From positions 384,001-448,000 of the forward strand of contig CAWFDF010000008.1 of NCBI GenBank assembly GCA_963814585.1: DNA of 64,000 bases, given 5' to 3'. Below, in pieces: positions 1-9,632 of this stretch. Within the stretch, counting starts at the first letter, position 1, and every line of letters starts with the position of its first letter. This DNA comes from an uncultured delta proteobacterium (GTDB lineage: Bacteria > Myxococcota > Myxococcia > Myxococcales > Anaeromyxobacteraceae). Made by a program: the position numbers and the translations under genes. The notes beneath the pieces are model-generated. The model was not told where the DNA came from. It did not search any database and was given only the letters and a program-made list of their open reading frames with translations.

Positions 1-2
1 CG

Positions 3-539
3 TGGCTGGTCGAGGCGAAGCAGGGCGTGATCGAGAACATGGCGCCGGTGCTGGGCCGGCTGTTCACGCCGCTCTTCGCCGCGGTGCTGGTGACCTTCCT
101 GGTGACCATGGCGTGGACCGGTCGGGGGATCGGCGTCGAGCGCAACGTGCTCATCGCCTTCGACCTCCTGCTGGCGCTGGTGCTCGGGCTGCTCCTCTAC
201 TCGATCTCGGCGCGCGATGCGGAGGCCCCGGCCGGTGGCTTCGACGGGCTGCTGGTGCTGCTGGTGATCAGCGCCCTGCTGGTCGACGTGCTGGCGCTGG
301 CCGCCATCGTGGCCCGCATCTCGGACTTCGGCCTCACGCCCAACCGGGTGGCGGCCCTCGGCGAGAACCTGATCCTGCTCGTCAACCTGGGGTGGTCGGC
401 GTGGCTGTACGGGCGGTTCCTGCGCGGGCGCGGCTCGTTCCGGGCGCTGGAGCGGTGGCAGACGGGCTACCTGCCGGTGTTCGCGGCCTGGGCGGCCGTG
501 GTGGTCGTCGTCTTCCCGCCCCTGTTCGGCCACCGTTGA
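3..539 (+). CDS. Integral membrane protein, C-terminal part (DUF4153-like / permease-prefix family); 5' end lies outside the window
   Basis: Frame is open from the window edge (WLVEAKQGVIENMAPVL...), with several hydrophobic helices and a GLTPNRVAALGENL motif. Confidence 0.7.
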   Translation, partial: WLVEAKQGVIENMAPVLGRLFTPLFAAVLVTFLVTMAWTGRGIGVERNVLIAFDLLLALVLGLLLYSISARDAEAPAGGFDGLLVLLVISALLVDVLALAAIVARISDFGLTPNRVAALGENLILLVNLGWSAWLYGRFLRGRGSFRALERWQTGYLPVFAAWAAVVVVVFPPLFGHR

Positions 540-605
540 GGTGACGCCAGGCCCGGGCGGGGTGATCGACGGCTGACACGGGGCGTGGACGGGCCACCGG
601 GCCCG

Positions 606-655
606 TCACCCTCCACTCAGCGCCTGGACGATCTGCACCGACTGGCGCGCCGTCA
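606..655. repeat. 50-bp direct repeat copy of the moaD-like gene 3' end (partner 1291-1340)
   Basis: tcaccctccactcagcgcctggacgatctgcaccgactggc(g/c)cgccgtca, 49/50 identical. Confidence 0.9.
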
Positions 656-1093
656 CGGCAGGAACCGATCGGCGTGCTCAGGGCCGGGGACGCGGCATCC
701 CCGGGTGAGGCCGGGCCAGCGGTGGCGGCGCCGCGCCACGGCCCGGTAGGCCGCGTCGCGCAGGGCGCGAGGGACCACCATCAGGCCGTGGAGGAGCGGC
801 CACGCGCCGTCGAGCCGCCGGGCGATGCGCAGCGCCGCGTCGGAGTGCGAGTGGACCTCCTTCCCCTCGACGAGCAGCAGGCTGTCGACCTGGTCCGGCG
901 CGAGGGCGCGACCGAGTCCCGTGAGCAACCTCACCCCCGCCTCCGACTGCAGGCTCGCGAACCGGAACCGCCCCTCGCGGTCGTGCTCGATCACGAACCG
1001 CACTGCTGCGTTGCAGAGCCCGCAAGGGCCGTCGAAGAGCACCACCGGCCCGCCAGCGGCTCCCGACCCGGTCGCTCTCCCCTCCACCGTCAC
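653..1093 (-). CDS. DCC1-like thiol-disulfide oxidoreductase (DUF393)
   Basis: VLFDGPCGLCNAAVRF (DxxCxxC) motif, RFASLQS, and RDAAYRAVARRR. Confidence 0.85.
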   Translation of the reverse strand: MTVEGRATGSGAAGGPVVLFDGPCGLCNAAVRFVIEHDREGRFRFASLQSEAGVRLLTGLGRALAPDQVDSLLLVEGKEVHSHSDAALRIARRLDGAWPLLHGLMVVPRALRDAAYRAVARRRHRWPGLTRGCRVPGPEHADRFLP

Positions 1094-1161
1094 GCCTTCC
1101 GCAGGAGCTCGACCCCGGCGCTGGAGCTCCTCGTCGCCTTGATGATCACCATGCCGCGCAT
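1090..1161 (-). pseudogene. Truncated YciI paralog fragment (23 aa)
   Basis: MRGMVIIKATRSSSAGVELLRKA* matches the N-terminus of the YciI at 2723-3157 (MRVMVIVKATRSSEAGV). Confidence 0.65.
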
Positions 1162-1290
1162 CGCCTTCCGCTCCATTCCTTCCGGGTCAAGCGGTCCTTC
1201 GCCTGGCCAGGCCGTCCTCCGACCTGCAGCCCGGCCAGCACCGCCATCGTGGGGGCTGGCGCCACGAGGATCACCTGGTGGCCCGCCGGT

Positions 1291-1548
1291 TCACCCTCCA
1301 CTCAGCGCCTGGACGATCTGCACCGACTGGCCCGCCGTCAGCCGCACCCCGAGATCGTAGACCTGCTCCCGGTCCACGAAGAAGCGGACATGGGGGCGCA
1401 GGCGGTCCTGCTCGTCCACCATGCGGAAGCGGATGCCCGGATGGCGCCGGTCGAGGTCGCGCACCAGCTCGTCGAGCGTCGCCCCCTCGGCCTCCACCTC
1501 CGCCGCCCCCGTGTAGCTCTGCAGCGGGCTGGGGATGAGGACCTTCAT
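1291..1548 (-). CDS. MoaD/ThiS family ubiquitin-like protein
   Basis: 85 aa beta-grasp pattern (MKVLIPSPL...RPHVRFFVD) ending in ALSGG. Confidence 0.85.
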   Translation of the reverse strand: MKVLIPSPLQSYTGAAEVEAEGATLDELVRDLDRRHPGIRFRMVDEQDRLRPHVRFFVDREQVYDLGVRLTAGQSVQIVQALSGG

Positions 1549-2723
1549 CGCGCCGGCCAGCCCGTCTCCACCGCGTAGATCTCGGGGAGGTGCCTCGCCA
1601 CGCAGGAGAATCGCCGCCCCTCGTCGCGGCTCGCCCAGAGCTCACCGCTGGTCGTCCCCACGTAGAGCCCCACCGGCTCGCCGGCGTCGGCGGCCATGGC
1701 CTGGCGCTTCACCGTCCACCAGGCGTCCCGCCCCGGGAGCCCGCCGTCGAGCCGGCGCCAGGACCTCCCGCCGTTGCTGGTCCCGTACGCCGCGGGCCGC
1801 CCCCCGGGGCTGGTGCGGGGCCAGACCGAGGTCCCGTCCATGGGGAAGACCCAGGCCACGTCGGGATCGCGCGGGTGGAGGACCATGGGGAAACCGATGT
1901 CGCCCACCGAGCGGGGCATGGCCTTGCCGATGCGCACCCATTCGGTGCCCGGCCGGTCGAGCCGGTAGATGCCGCAGTGGTTCTGCTGGTAGAGGCGGTC
2001 GGGATTCGCCGGGGACAGGCGCACGCAGTGCGGGTCGTGGAAGGCGATGTTCGAAGGGTCGAAGCCGCCGACGACCTCCATCCCCTGGACCAGGGGTCGC
2101 CAGCTCCGCCCCTCGTCCAGCGACTCGTGAACGCCACCGCTGGACATGCCCAGGTAGAGGTGTGCCGGGTCGCGCGGGTCGACGATGATGGAGTGGAGCT
2201 TTGGCCCGTCCGGCGTCCCATCCTGCGGCCCTCCCATCCACTCCCGGTACTGCGGGTCGTCGTTCAGTCCGGAGACCGGTTCCCAGCTCTCCCCTCCGTC
2301 CCCGGAGCGGAACAGCCCGTGGGGCGAGGTCCCCGCGTACCAGGTCCCCGGCTGGGACGGGTGGCCCGGCGCCAGCCAGAAGGTGTGATCGACGGCCCGC
2401 CCCTTCTCCCCGTCTGCCACCTTCGGGAAGGCCGGAGGGCGCGCCGCCTCCTTCCAGGAGCGCCCCAGGTCGGAGGAGCGGAAGATGGTCGGCCCGAGGT
2501 GACCGGTCCTCGCCGCGGCCAGCAAGGTCCGCCCGTCCCGCGGATCGAGGACGAGGTGGTGGATGGTCTGCCCGAGGAACTGCGGGCCGCTGGAGCGCCA
2601 GGCGCGCCGCGTGGCGTCGGCGCGGAAGATCGACGCGCCCTTCCGCGTGGCGACCAGGACCGCCGGTCCCTTCGACCGGCCACCGCCCTTGCTCCTCCTC
2701 GCGCCCGTCTTCATGGCCGGCAT
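1545..2723 (-). CDS. BNR/Asp-box repeat beta-propeller (sialidase-like/WD40-YVTN) protein
   Basis: Repeated SxDxGxSW boxes (SSDLGRSW, SGDGGESW, SLDEGRSW, TSNGGRSW, SRDEGRRF); start overlaps the YciI stop (TGATG). Confidence 0.85.
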   Translation of the reverse strand: MPAMKTGARRSKGGGRSKGPAVLVATRKGASIFRADATRRAWRSSGPQFLGQTIHHLVLDPRDGRTLLAAARTGHLGPTIFRSSDLGRSWKEAARPPAFPKVADGEKGRAVDHTFWLAPGHPSQPGTWYAGTSPHGLFRSGDGGESWEPVSGLNDDPQYREWMGGPQDGTPDGPKLHSIIVDPRDPAHLYLGMSSGGVHESLDEGRSWRPLVQGMEVVGGFDPSNIAFHDPHCVRLSPANPDRLYQQNHCGIYRLDRPGTEWVRIGKAMPRSVGDIGFPMVLHPRDPDVAWVFPMDGTSVWPRTSPGGRPAAYGTSNGGRSWRRLDGGLPGRDAWWTVKRQAMAADAGEPVGLYVGTTSGELWASRDEGRRFSCVARHLPEIYAVETGWPAR

Positions 2724-3157
2724 CAGGGACTCCGCGGGTGCGCGACCTGGGCGCGGAGCCGCTCCTCCTGCGCCCGGAGCTCGGGGGTGAGCGCCTCGCC
2801 GAAGTCGTCGGCCTCGAAGACCTGGCGGAGCTCGATCACCGCCTCCTCCCCGGGCATCGGGTCGGGGCAGCGGCGGATCCACTCGACTGCCTCCTCCATC
2901 GACTTCACCTGCCAGAGCCAGAAGCCGGCCACCTGCTCCTCGACCTGCGCGAAGGGGCCTTCGAGCACGGTCCGCCGCCCGCCCGAGAAGCGGACCCGCC
3001 TGGCCCGGGAGGTGGGGTGGAGCCCCTCCCCGCCCAGCATGATCCCGGCCTTCACCAGCTCCTCGTTGAACTTCCCCATCTCCGCCATCAGCTTCTCGCC
3101 GGGCATCACGCCCGCCTCGGAGCTCCTCGTGGCCTTCACGATCACCATGACGCGCAT
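2723..3157 (-). CDS. YciI family protein
   Basis: MRVMVIVKAT...MGKFNEELVKAG...GEGLHP...GPF...AGFWLWQVKSMEEAVEW; GAGGAG SD upstream. Confidence 0.9.
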   Translation of the reverse strand: MRVMVIVKATRSSEAGVMPGEKLMAEMGKFNEELVKAGIMLGGEGLHPTSRARRVRFSGGRRTVLEGPFAQVEEQVAGFWLWQVKSMEEAVEWIRRCPDPMPGEEAVIELRQVFEADDFGEALTPELRAQEERLRAQVAHPRSP

Positions 3158-3213
3158 CGCACTCTCCTCCTCTCGCTCGGACGCCGGGCGGCGCCGGAAG
3201 GGACCTCCCGGAC

Positions 3214-4125
3214 TCAGGGGCCTGGGGCCCCGAGGAAGGCCCGCTCCAGCGCGGCGATGTCGAGCTTCTTCATGGTCAGCATGACCGCGAAGGCCCGGTC
3301 CCGGGCCGCGGCCTCGCCCGTCATCCACCGGAAGATGCCGGTCGGCACCACCTGCCAGGAGAGCCCGAAGCGGTCCTTGAGCCAGCCGCAGGGGCCGTGC
3401 TCCCCGCCGGCGCCCAGGGCCTCCCAGTAGCGATCCAGCGTGGCCTGGTCGTCGCACAGCACCTGCAGCGAGAGCGCCTCGTTGAAGCTGATCCCGTGAG
3501 CCAGGTGGCTGTCCATGGCGACCAGGTCCTGGCCCGCCAGGGAGAAGCGCCCGTGCTTCACCGTCCCCTCCGGCCCCTCCCCGGCCCCGTAGCGCTCCAC
3601 CTCCACGATTCGACCGCCTGGGAAGAGGCCGGTGTAGGCGCGCATGGCCTCCTCGGCGCGTCCGTGCTGGGGGCCGGCGAACATGAGGCACGGCGTGATG
3701 GTCCGCCCGCCGGGCGGGCGGCGCCCGGCCATGACCTGCCACGAGACGCCGAAGCGGTCCTTGACCCACCCGTATCGCTCGCTCCAGGGGTAGGCGTCGA
3801 GCGGCATGAGCGCCTCGCCGCCCTCGGCGAGCGGCTCGAAGAGCCGATCGGCCCCGGCCGGATCGTCGACGTGGACGAAGAAGGAGATGCTCGGGTTGAG
3901 GACGAACAGCGGGCCGCCGTTGAGCAGGGTGAAGTGCTGCCCGGCCAGGTCCACCTCGACGGTGAGGACGCTGCCGCGAGGCCGGCCGCCCGGGTTGTCG
4001 GCCGACTCGGGGTAGCGCGAGGTGGCGGTGACCCTGCTGCCGGGGAAGGTCCGGACGTAGAAGGCGGCGGCCTGCTCGGCCTGGTCGTCGAGCCAGACGC
4101 ACGGCACGATCTCGTGGCTGGTCAT
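3214..4125 (-). CDS. VOC family protein (tandem PhnB / 3-demethylubiquinone-9 3-methyltransferase-like domains)
   Basis: Two copies of PCxW/F...AEEA...Y and GWxKDRFGxSWQ. Confidence 0.9.
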   Translation of the reverse strand: MTSHEIVPCVWLDDQAEQAAAFYVRTFPGSRVTATSRYPESADNPGGRPRGSVLTVEVDLAGQHFTLLNGGPLFVLNPSISFFVHVDDPAGADRLFEPLAEGGEALMPLDAYPWSERYGWVKDRFGVSWQVMAGRRPPGGRTITPCLMFAGPQHGRAEEAMRAYTGLFPGGRIVEVERYGAGEGPEGTVKHGRFSLAGQDLVAMDSHLAHGISFNEALSLQVLCDDQATLDRYWEALGAGGEHGPCGWLKDRFGLSWQVVPTGIFRWMTGEAAARDRAFAVMLTMKKLDIAALERAFLGAPGP

Positions 4126-4233
4126 GGTGCATGACCCGTAGCGCCGGGCCGGGGCCGGCGCAAGGCTGCACCTGGGGAGCCGCCGGGATCGGCCCCTGCT
4201 GGGGAGTGCCCGCGGTTCGTCCCCATTCCCGCC

Positions 4234-4326
4234 TCACCTTGACGTCGGCTTGCGAGCACTGGCCGAGGCCCGCCCGCCATCCAGCAGGGCGCGCACCCGC
4301 TCGGCGAGCCCTTCGTCGTAGGCCAT
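4234..4326 (-). pseudogene. TfoX/Sxy N-terminal-like gene remnant
   Basis: MAYDEGLAERVRALL start with AGAGGT SD, then diverges and stops after 30 aa. Confidence 0.55.
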
Positions 4327-4651
4327 CTGCCACCTCTCTCGCGCCACAGGGAGCGGCGCGGCGCCTGGAGTCCAGCCGGGACTCGACAGGATCCTGACGT
4401 CGCCCCCGCCCGGCGCCACGCCCCGGCAGGCGGCGACCAGGGAGGGCCGCCGGCGGCCGAGGACGAGTCGGTGGATCGGCCGCAGCGGAGCTCCGGTGCC
4501 CGGCGGCCATCCCGGCCCACCTCGAGGCGGTCTCCAGAGACGCCCGGGTCGTTGCCCGCTAGAGTGCGGCTCGGTGTGGCGACCTTCGGAGACTCCAGTG
4601 GCTCCCAGCGATCCGGCCGGACCAGGCAGGCTGGAGCGCTCCCCCAGACGC

Positions 4652-5158
4652 GTGGTGGTGCTGCTCCTCCTGCTTGCCTGCGTCGGATGTGATCAGGCCA
4701 CGAAGCGCCTGGCGCTCGCGCTGCTGCCCGAGGGGAGGCGCCTGGTCCTCCTCGGCGACGTGGTCCGCCTGGAGCACGCCCGGAACTCGGGCGGGTTCCT
4801 GGGTGCCGGAGCCGGGCTTGGCGAGGGCGCCCGGGGCGCCATCTTCCTCTGGGGGGTCGCCCTCGTGACGCTCGCCGCAGCGGGCGCGGCCCTGTCGAGG
4901 CGTCTCCCTGCCCGACAGGCGCTGGCCTGGGCGCTCGTCGCCGGTGGCGGGACCGGGAACCTGATCGACCGGGTCATGACGGGCGGGTGGGTGATCGACT
5001 TCATGAACGTGGGCATCGGCCCGCTGCGCACCGGCATCTTCAACGTCGCCGACCTGGCCATCATGGGCGGCATCGGCCTGCTCCTGGTGCCGGGAAGCCG
5101 CAGGCCCTGGCAGGCGCCTCCGGCTGGGCCCCCGGGGCCGCCATCCTTCGGGCCCTGA
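4652..5158 (+). CDS. lspA: Lipoprotein signal peptidase II
   Basis: DQATK, NSGGF, GNLIDR, VIDF and FNVADLAI motifs; start uncertain (ORF open from 4496). Confidence 0.9.
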   Translation: MVVLLLLLACVGCDQATKRLALALLPEGRRLVLLGDVVRLEHARNSGGFLGAGAGLGEGARGAIFLWGVALVTLAAAGAALSRRLPARQALAWALVAGGGTGNLIDRVMTGGWVIDFMNVGIGPLRTGIFNVADLAIMGGIGLLLVPGSRRPWQAPPAGPPGPPSFGP

Positions 5159-5305
5159 ACGCCGCGAGCGTCCACGCCCTGGAGGCGCCCGCCTGGCCGC
5201 TGGCTGCTTCGTGACGCGTGCCGAAGAGTTCTGGTTCATCCCGTCAGGGCGGCCTAGGCTTGCGGGCAGGATCCGCCTCAGTCGACTCCTTCCCGGGAAT
5301 TCTCA

Positions 5306-6040
5306 ATGCGCCACTTGGCCCTCATCCTCGCTTCCTGCCTCCTGCCGGCCGCCGCTTCGGCCGGCGAGCTCCACTTCACGCCCTACTTCTGGATCCCCTC
5401 CATCGACGGAACCATCGGTCAGGGAGGAGGCAACACCGACACCGGTGACCTGGTCACGCTCGACTTCAGCAACGACATGAAGATCGGCGGCGCCATGGTC
5501 AATCTGTCCTGGCGGGACGGGCGGTTCGTGACCTTCGGCGACTGGACCTACGCCAACGTCACCGGCAAGTCGCCCACCCCGAACGGCTGGCTCTACTCGG
5601 GCATCGAGGTGCAGATCAAGGGGAACATCGGCCAGTTCTTCACCGGCTACGAGTTCCTCGACCGCAAGGACCTCCGGCTGGCCGGGTTCACCGGGGCGCG
5701 GCTCTACAGCCTCTACGGCGGCATCACGCTCGAGGCGGGGCCCCCGCCAGGAGGCTGGAGCGGCCAGGAACTGTCCGGCACCACCACCTGGGTGGACGCG
5801 GTGGGGGGGCTGCGGTTCGAGTGGGACCCCTCCGACCACTGGTGGCTCGTCGTCACCGGCGACGCCGGCACCGGCGGCTCCAACCTCTCCTGGCAGGTCC
5901 ACGGGATGGGCGGCTACCGGTTCGGCTGGGGCAGCGTGCTCCTCGGCTGGCGTCATCTGTCCATCGACAAGGGAGAGGATCGGACCGAGCTCCAGCTGAC
6001 CATGAGCGGCCCGGTGATCGGCGTCGACTTCGCCTTCTAG
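5306..6040 (+). CDS. Outer-membrane beta-barrel protein
   Basis: Signal peptide, TPYFWIP, alternating amphipathic strands and C-terminal Phe (GPVIGVDFAF). Confidence 0.75.
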   Translation: MRHLALILASCLLPAAASAGELHFTPYFWIPSIDGTIGQGGGNTDTGDLVTLDFSNDMKIGGAMVNLSWRDGRFVTFGDWTYANVTGKSPTPNGWLYSGIEVQIKGNIGQFFTGYEFLDRKDLRLAGFTGARLYSLYGGITLEAGPPPGGWSGQELSGTTTWVDAVGGLRFEWDPSDHWWLVVTGDAGTGGSNLSWQVHGMGGYRFGWGSVLLGWRHLSIDKGEDRTELQLTMSGPVIGVDFAF

Positions 6041-6103
6041 GTGGGCCGGTGGCGCGGAGCCATCGGGCCTCGCCGACGAATGCCCCGCCTGCTCAGTCGT
6101 GGG

Positions 6104-6387
6104 GCCCGCGACCGCACTCGAACGTCGGACGGAACTCCCAGCGGCCGGAGCCGCAGCCGAACGAGAGGTCCCGGCGGAACTTGAGCGTGATGGTGGTGGA
6201 CTCGCCCTCGATGACGGTGAAGGGCTCGGCGACGGGCACGATCGCCGTCCACCCTCCGCCCGGCGGCGTGATGGCGACCTTGGTGCCGTCCAGCAGCGTC
6301 ACCTCGACCTTGGTCATCACCACGACGAGCTGATCGTAGGTCCCCTCGGGCAGGAATCCGGCGGGGAGCGTGGCCACCTTCCCGTCC
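6104..6387. repeat. 284-bp perfect direct repeat (partner 10194-10477): duplicated 3' part of the DUF4382-like gene
   Basis: Base-by-base identity at an offset of 4090. Confidence 0.92.
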
Positions 6388-6400
6388 GGCTCCGCCCGGG

Positions 6401-6785
6401 GATCAGCCCGGCCTGGTGGCACTCTCCTTCTTCTCGGGCTTCGCCCGTGATGCCTACCGGCTCGCCGACTGGTAGCGGCAGATGAGCGTCCGCGTGGTAG
6501 CCGGCGAACCCCATGGGTCCTGCTGGATCCAGGAGGCGCTCGAGCACGTCGGCGCGGTCGTGGCCGGCGAGGCCGAGATGATCTGGCCGGCGCTGCTCGC
6601 CGATCTCGCGCGCGGACGGGCCGGGCCTGTCGGTCGCGGTCGGCCGGCCTCGATGAGGGAGCTCCCCACCCCGCGCTATGACCTCCTGGAAGGTCGTTCG
6701 TCGTGCCGCGGGTGATGCAGGCGACGCGCGGCTGCCACTCCTGCACCGTCCCCGGCCTCAACCCGCGCTTCCGTTTGCGGCTCGC
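6401..6785 (+). pseudogene. B12-binding radical SAM gene remnant
   Basis: LVALSFFSGFARDAYRLADW*...VVAGEPH...VVAGEAE...PTPRYDLL / FVVPRVMQATRGCHSCTVP; in-frame TAG at 6473, frameshift near 6696, collapsed CxxxCxxC motif. Confidence 0.75.
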
Positions 6786-6929
6786 GGCCATGAATGGCTT
6801 CTCCGAGCTCAAGGGGTCACGGGCAACCCTTCAGCCGACGCGCCTGAGGCAGACCTCGGCGCGGTCGCCCGTTCCCGTGTCGCGCCCGCCAGGCAGGCGG
6901 CGGCACTCCAGGAAGGCTTCGGGAGGGCG

Positions 6930-9413
6930 TCACTGGGGCTGGCGCGCCAGCCGGCTCCGCCCGCCGAGCAGGGGGAGGCAGCCCAGCGCGCCAGTGACAA
7001 CCGAGAGCACCCAGTCATCGAGGTGGAGCGGGGCGAGGTGCAGGGCTGCGGCGAGCTGGGGGATCTGAACCAGGAGCACGGCCGAGAGGAGGGTCCCCAG
7101 CGCGATCCACCGACCGGCACGGTGACGCAGGCCGCCCAGCACGGCCACGAACCCGGCGCTGGCGGCGCACAGGGATGCGAGGGCCGAGGATCGCGCATGC
7201 TCGGCGCTGCCGGAGAGCTCCAGGCCGTGCAGGTACCCCAGCACCACCACGGCGGTGACGAAGGCGCCGGCCAGCGACATCGCGAGCCACTCCCGCGTAC
7301 TGAAGAACCGCGCCCGGGTGTCCACGGTCCTCGGCTGCAGCGCCTGGGCGCCGGCCTGGCCCTGGAAGGCGAGGATGGCCGTGGGGTGGATGATCAGCTC
7401 GAGCCATACGATGTGGACCGGCAGGTAGAGCAGCGGGTATCCGGCAAAGGGGATGAGCGCCGCCGTGAGCACCAGGGGGACGTGGAGCATCAGCAGGTAC
7501 TGGAAGCTCCGCTTCAGGTTCGAGAAGAGCTGGCGCCCCTCGGCGATGGCCCGGACGATGGTGCGGAAGTTGTCGTCGAGCAGGACGATGGCGGCCGCCT
7601 CGCGCGCACTGCGCGTGCCCCGCCCGCCCATGGCGACCCCCACGTCTGCCGCCTGCAAGGCCGGGACGTCGTTGACCCCATCACCGGTGACCGCGACGAT
7701 CTCGCCCATCTCCTCGTAGGCGCGCACCAGGGCCAGCTTCTCGGACGGCAGCGCCCTGGCGATGGCGTCCACCCTCCGCAGGAGGGCGTGGTCGCCCCGG
7801 AGCAGCGCTGCCATCAGCTCGCTGCCGACGATCACCTCTGGATTCCCGCCTCCCAGGCCGATCTCACGGGCGACCGCCCGCGCGGTCTCCGGGTGGTCAC
7901 CGGTCAACATCACCACGCGGATGCCCGCCTGCTGGCAAGCATCCGCGGCCTCGCGGACCCCGGGGCGCACCGGATCCGCGAAGGCCAGGAGGCCCGCGAA
8001 GGCCATCCCCGTGGACGGCTCGCCCCCGTCCCATGACTCCTCCAGCGGCCCTGTCGCGCAGGCCAGGACCTTCCAGCCGCACCGGCCGAGCTCCTTCGCC
8101 CGCGCCGTCCACTCGGCCTCCCCCGCCTCACCGAGCTCCGACATCGTGAGGATCATCTCCGGAGTGCCCTTGCTTGCGGCGTACAGGCGGCCGTCGGCGC
8201 CCGGCACCACGGCTGTCTCGCGGCGTCGATCCTCGGTGAAGGGGAAGGTCGCCTTGGCCGGCCCGGGGAGCGGAAGGCCACGCTCCTGGCAGAGGTCGAG
8301 CACGGCCTCGTCCAGCGGGTCTCCGCTCTCGCGGCGCGAGGCCCGGGCCGCGACCTCGAGCAGCACTCGCTCGTCGCCGTCCGGCGGCGGCAGGAGGGCA
8401 CAGATCCGGAGCTTCCCCTCTGTGAGCGTGCCGGTCTTGTCGGAGCAGATGACGGAGACGCGACCGATGTCTTCCACCGAGACCGCGCGACGCACCAGCG
8501 CCTGGTGGCGGGCCAGTCGGTACACGCCGGTCCCCAGGAAGAAGGTGAGCACGACCGGGAACTCCTCTGGAACGGCGGCCACCGCCAGGGTGGCCGCGCT
8601 CACCAGGGCGTCGACCCAGCCGAACCCCTGCCGCCAGCGCACCACGGCCAGAAGGATGCAGAGGACCACCGCCGCTGCGACCAGGACGCTCACGAGCTGC
8701 GCGACGGCCACCTGGAGCGGCGTGCGGGCACGCACGCCCTTGCCGGACACCCGGGCGATCTCACCATAGAGCGTCCCCCCGCCCACGTACGCCACGCGCA
8801 AGCTGCCGGCGCCGGTGAGGATCCGCGTCCCGGCCATCGCCCAGTGTTCGTCGGAGACGAAAGGCTCTCGCACGTCGGCGGGAGGGACCGTCATGGGACG
8901 CTTGGCCACGGGCATGGACTCGCCGGTGAGCGAGGACTCCTCGGCCTGGAGATCGTGGCCCGCCACGATGACGCCGTCCGCCGGCACCAGCTCCCCGGCC
9001 CGCATGCGCACCACGTCGCCCACGACCACGTCCACGGCCGGGATCTCGACCTCGCGCCCGTCCCGGTGGACGGTGGCCTGCGCGGCCAGCCTGCTCTGCA
9101 GCCCCTGGGTGGACGCGCGGCTCCGCCGGTGGAGGAAGACGTCCATGGCGAGGAGCGGGGCGATGGACGCCAGGAGCGTCAGCCCCTCTCCCCGCTGGCC
9201 CAGGAGGAAGTAGAAGACGCTGGTCGATACCAGGAACCAGATCATCGGGTCGCGGGCCGTGTCCGCGGCCAGGGCCAGCCAGATCCGCGGCTCGGGCGCC
9301 ACGACGTCGTTCCGGCCGTTGTCCCGGCGGCTGGCCTCGACGTCTGGCGCGCCCAGCCCATGCTCGGAGAGCCAGAAGGCCGGCATGCGCTCGAGAGGCA
9401 GCTGCCGCTTCAT
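6930..9413 (-). CDS. Cation-transporting P-type ATPase (type II-like)
   Basis: TGES, PEEFP, DKTGTLT, TGDH and GDGVND motifs. Confidence 0.92.
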   Translation of the reverse strand: MKRQLPLERMPAFWLSEHGLGAPDVEASRRDNGRNDVVAPEPRIWLALAADTARDPMIWFLVSTSVFYFLLGQRGEGLTLLASIAPLLAMDVFLHRRSRASTQGLQSRLAAQATVHRDGREVEIPAVDVVVGDVVRMRAGELVPADGVIVAGHDLQAEESSLTGESMPVAKRPMTVPPADVREPFVSDEHWAMAGTRILTGAGSLRVAYVGGGTLYGEIARVSGKGVRARTPLQVAVAQLVSVLVAAAVVLCILLAVVRWRQGFGWVDALVSAATLAVAAVPEEFPVVLTFFLGTGVYRLARHQALVRRAVSVEDIGRVSVICSDKTGTLTEGKLRICALLPPPDGDERVLLEVAARASRRESGDPLDEAVLDLCQERGLPLPGPAKATFPFTEDRRRETAVVPGADGRLYAASKGTPEMILTMSELGEAGEAEWTARAKELGRCGWKVLACATGPLEESWDGGEPSTGMAFAGLLAFADPVRPGVREAADACQQAGIRVVMLTGDHPETARAVAREIGLGGGNPEVIVGSELMAALLRGDHALLRRVDAIARALPSEKLALVRAYEEMGEIVAVTGDGVNDVPALQAADVGVAMGGRGTRSAREAAAIVLLDDNFRTIVRAIAEGRQLFSNLKRSFQYLLMLHVPLVLTAALIPFAGYPLLYLPVHIVWLELIIHPTAILAFQGQAGAQALQPRTVDTRARFFSTREWLAMSLAGAFVTAVVVLGYLHGLELSGSAEHARSSALASLCAASAGFVAVLGGLRHRAGRWIALGTLLSAVLLVQIPQLAAALHLAPLHLDDWVLSVVTGALGCLPLLGGRSRLARQPQ

Positions 9414-9632
9414 GCCCGGAATCCTAGGCACAGATGACTGTCGGCGAGGCTCGCGGTGAGCCTGCGGCGGATCGCCACCCGGCACGGCCCCGTGGCGGCT
9501 GCCGACCGAGGGCATGCGCTCGCGCGGGCGCCGCGACCGGGCAGCTCGGGACGAGGCTGCTCGACGGCCCCGGCCTGCTCTGGTGCGCGGCCCCGAGAGG
9601 GTCGTGCTCGCCGGGGGCACCTAGACGAGCGG

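Noticed and set aside
6473..6475. In-frame TAG as possible pyrrolysine or readthrough
   Set aside because: The same gene also has a frameshift, a motif deletion and truncations, so this is ordinary decay.
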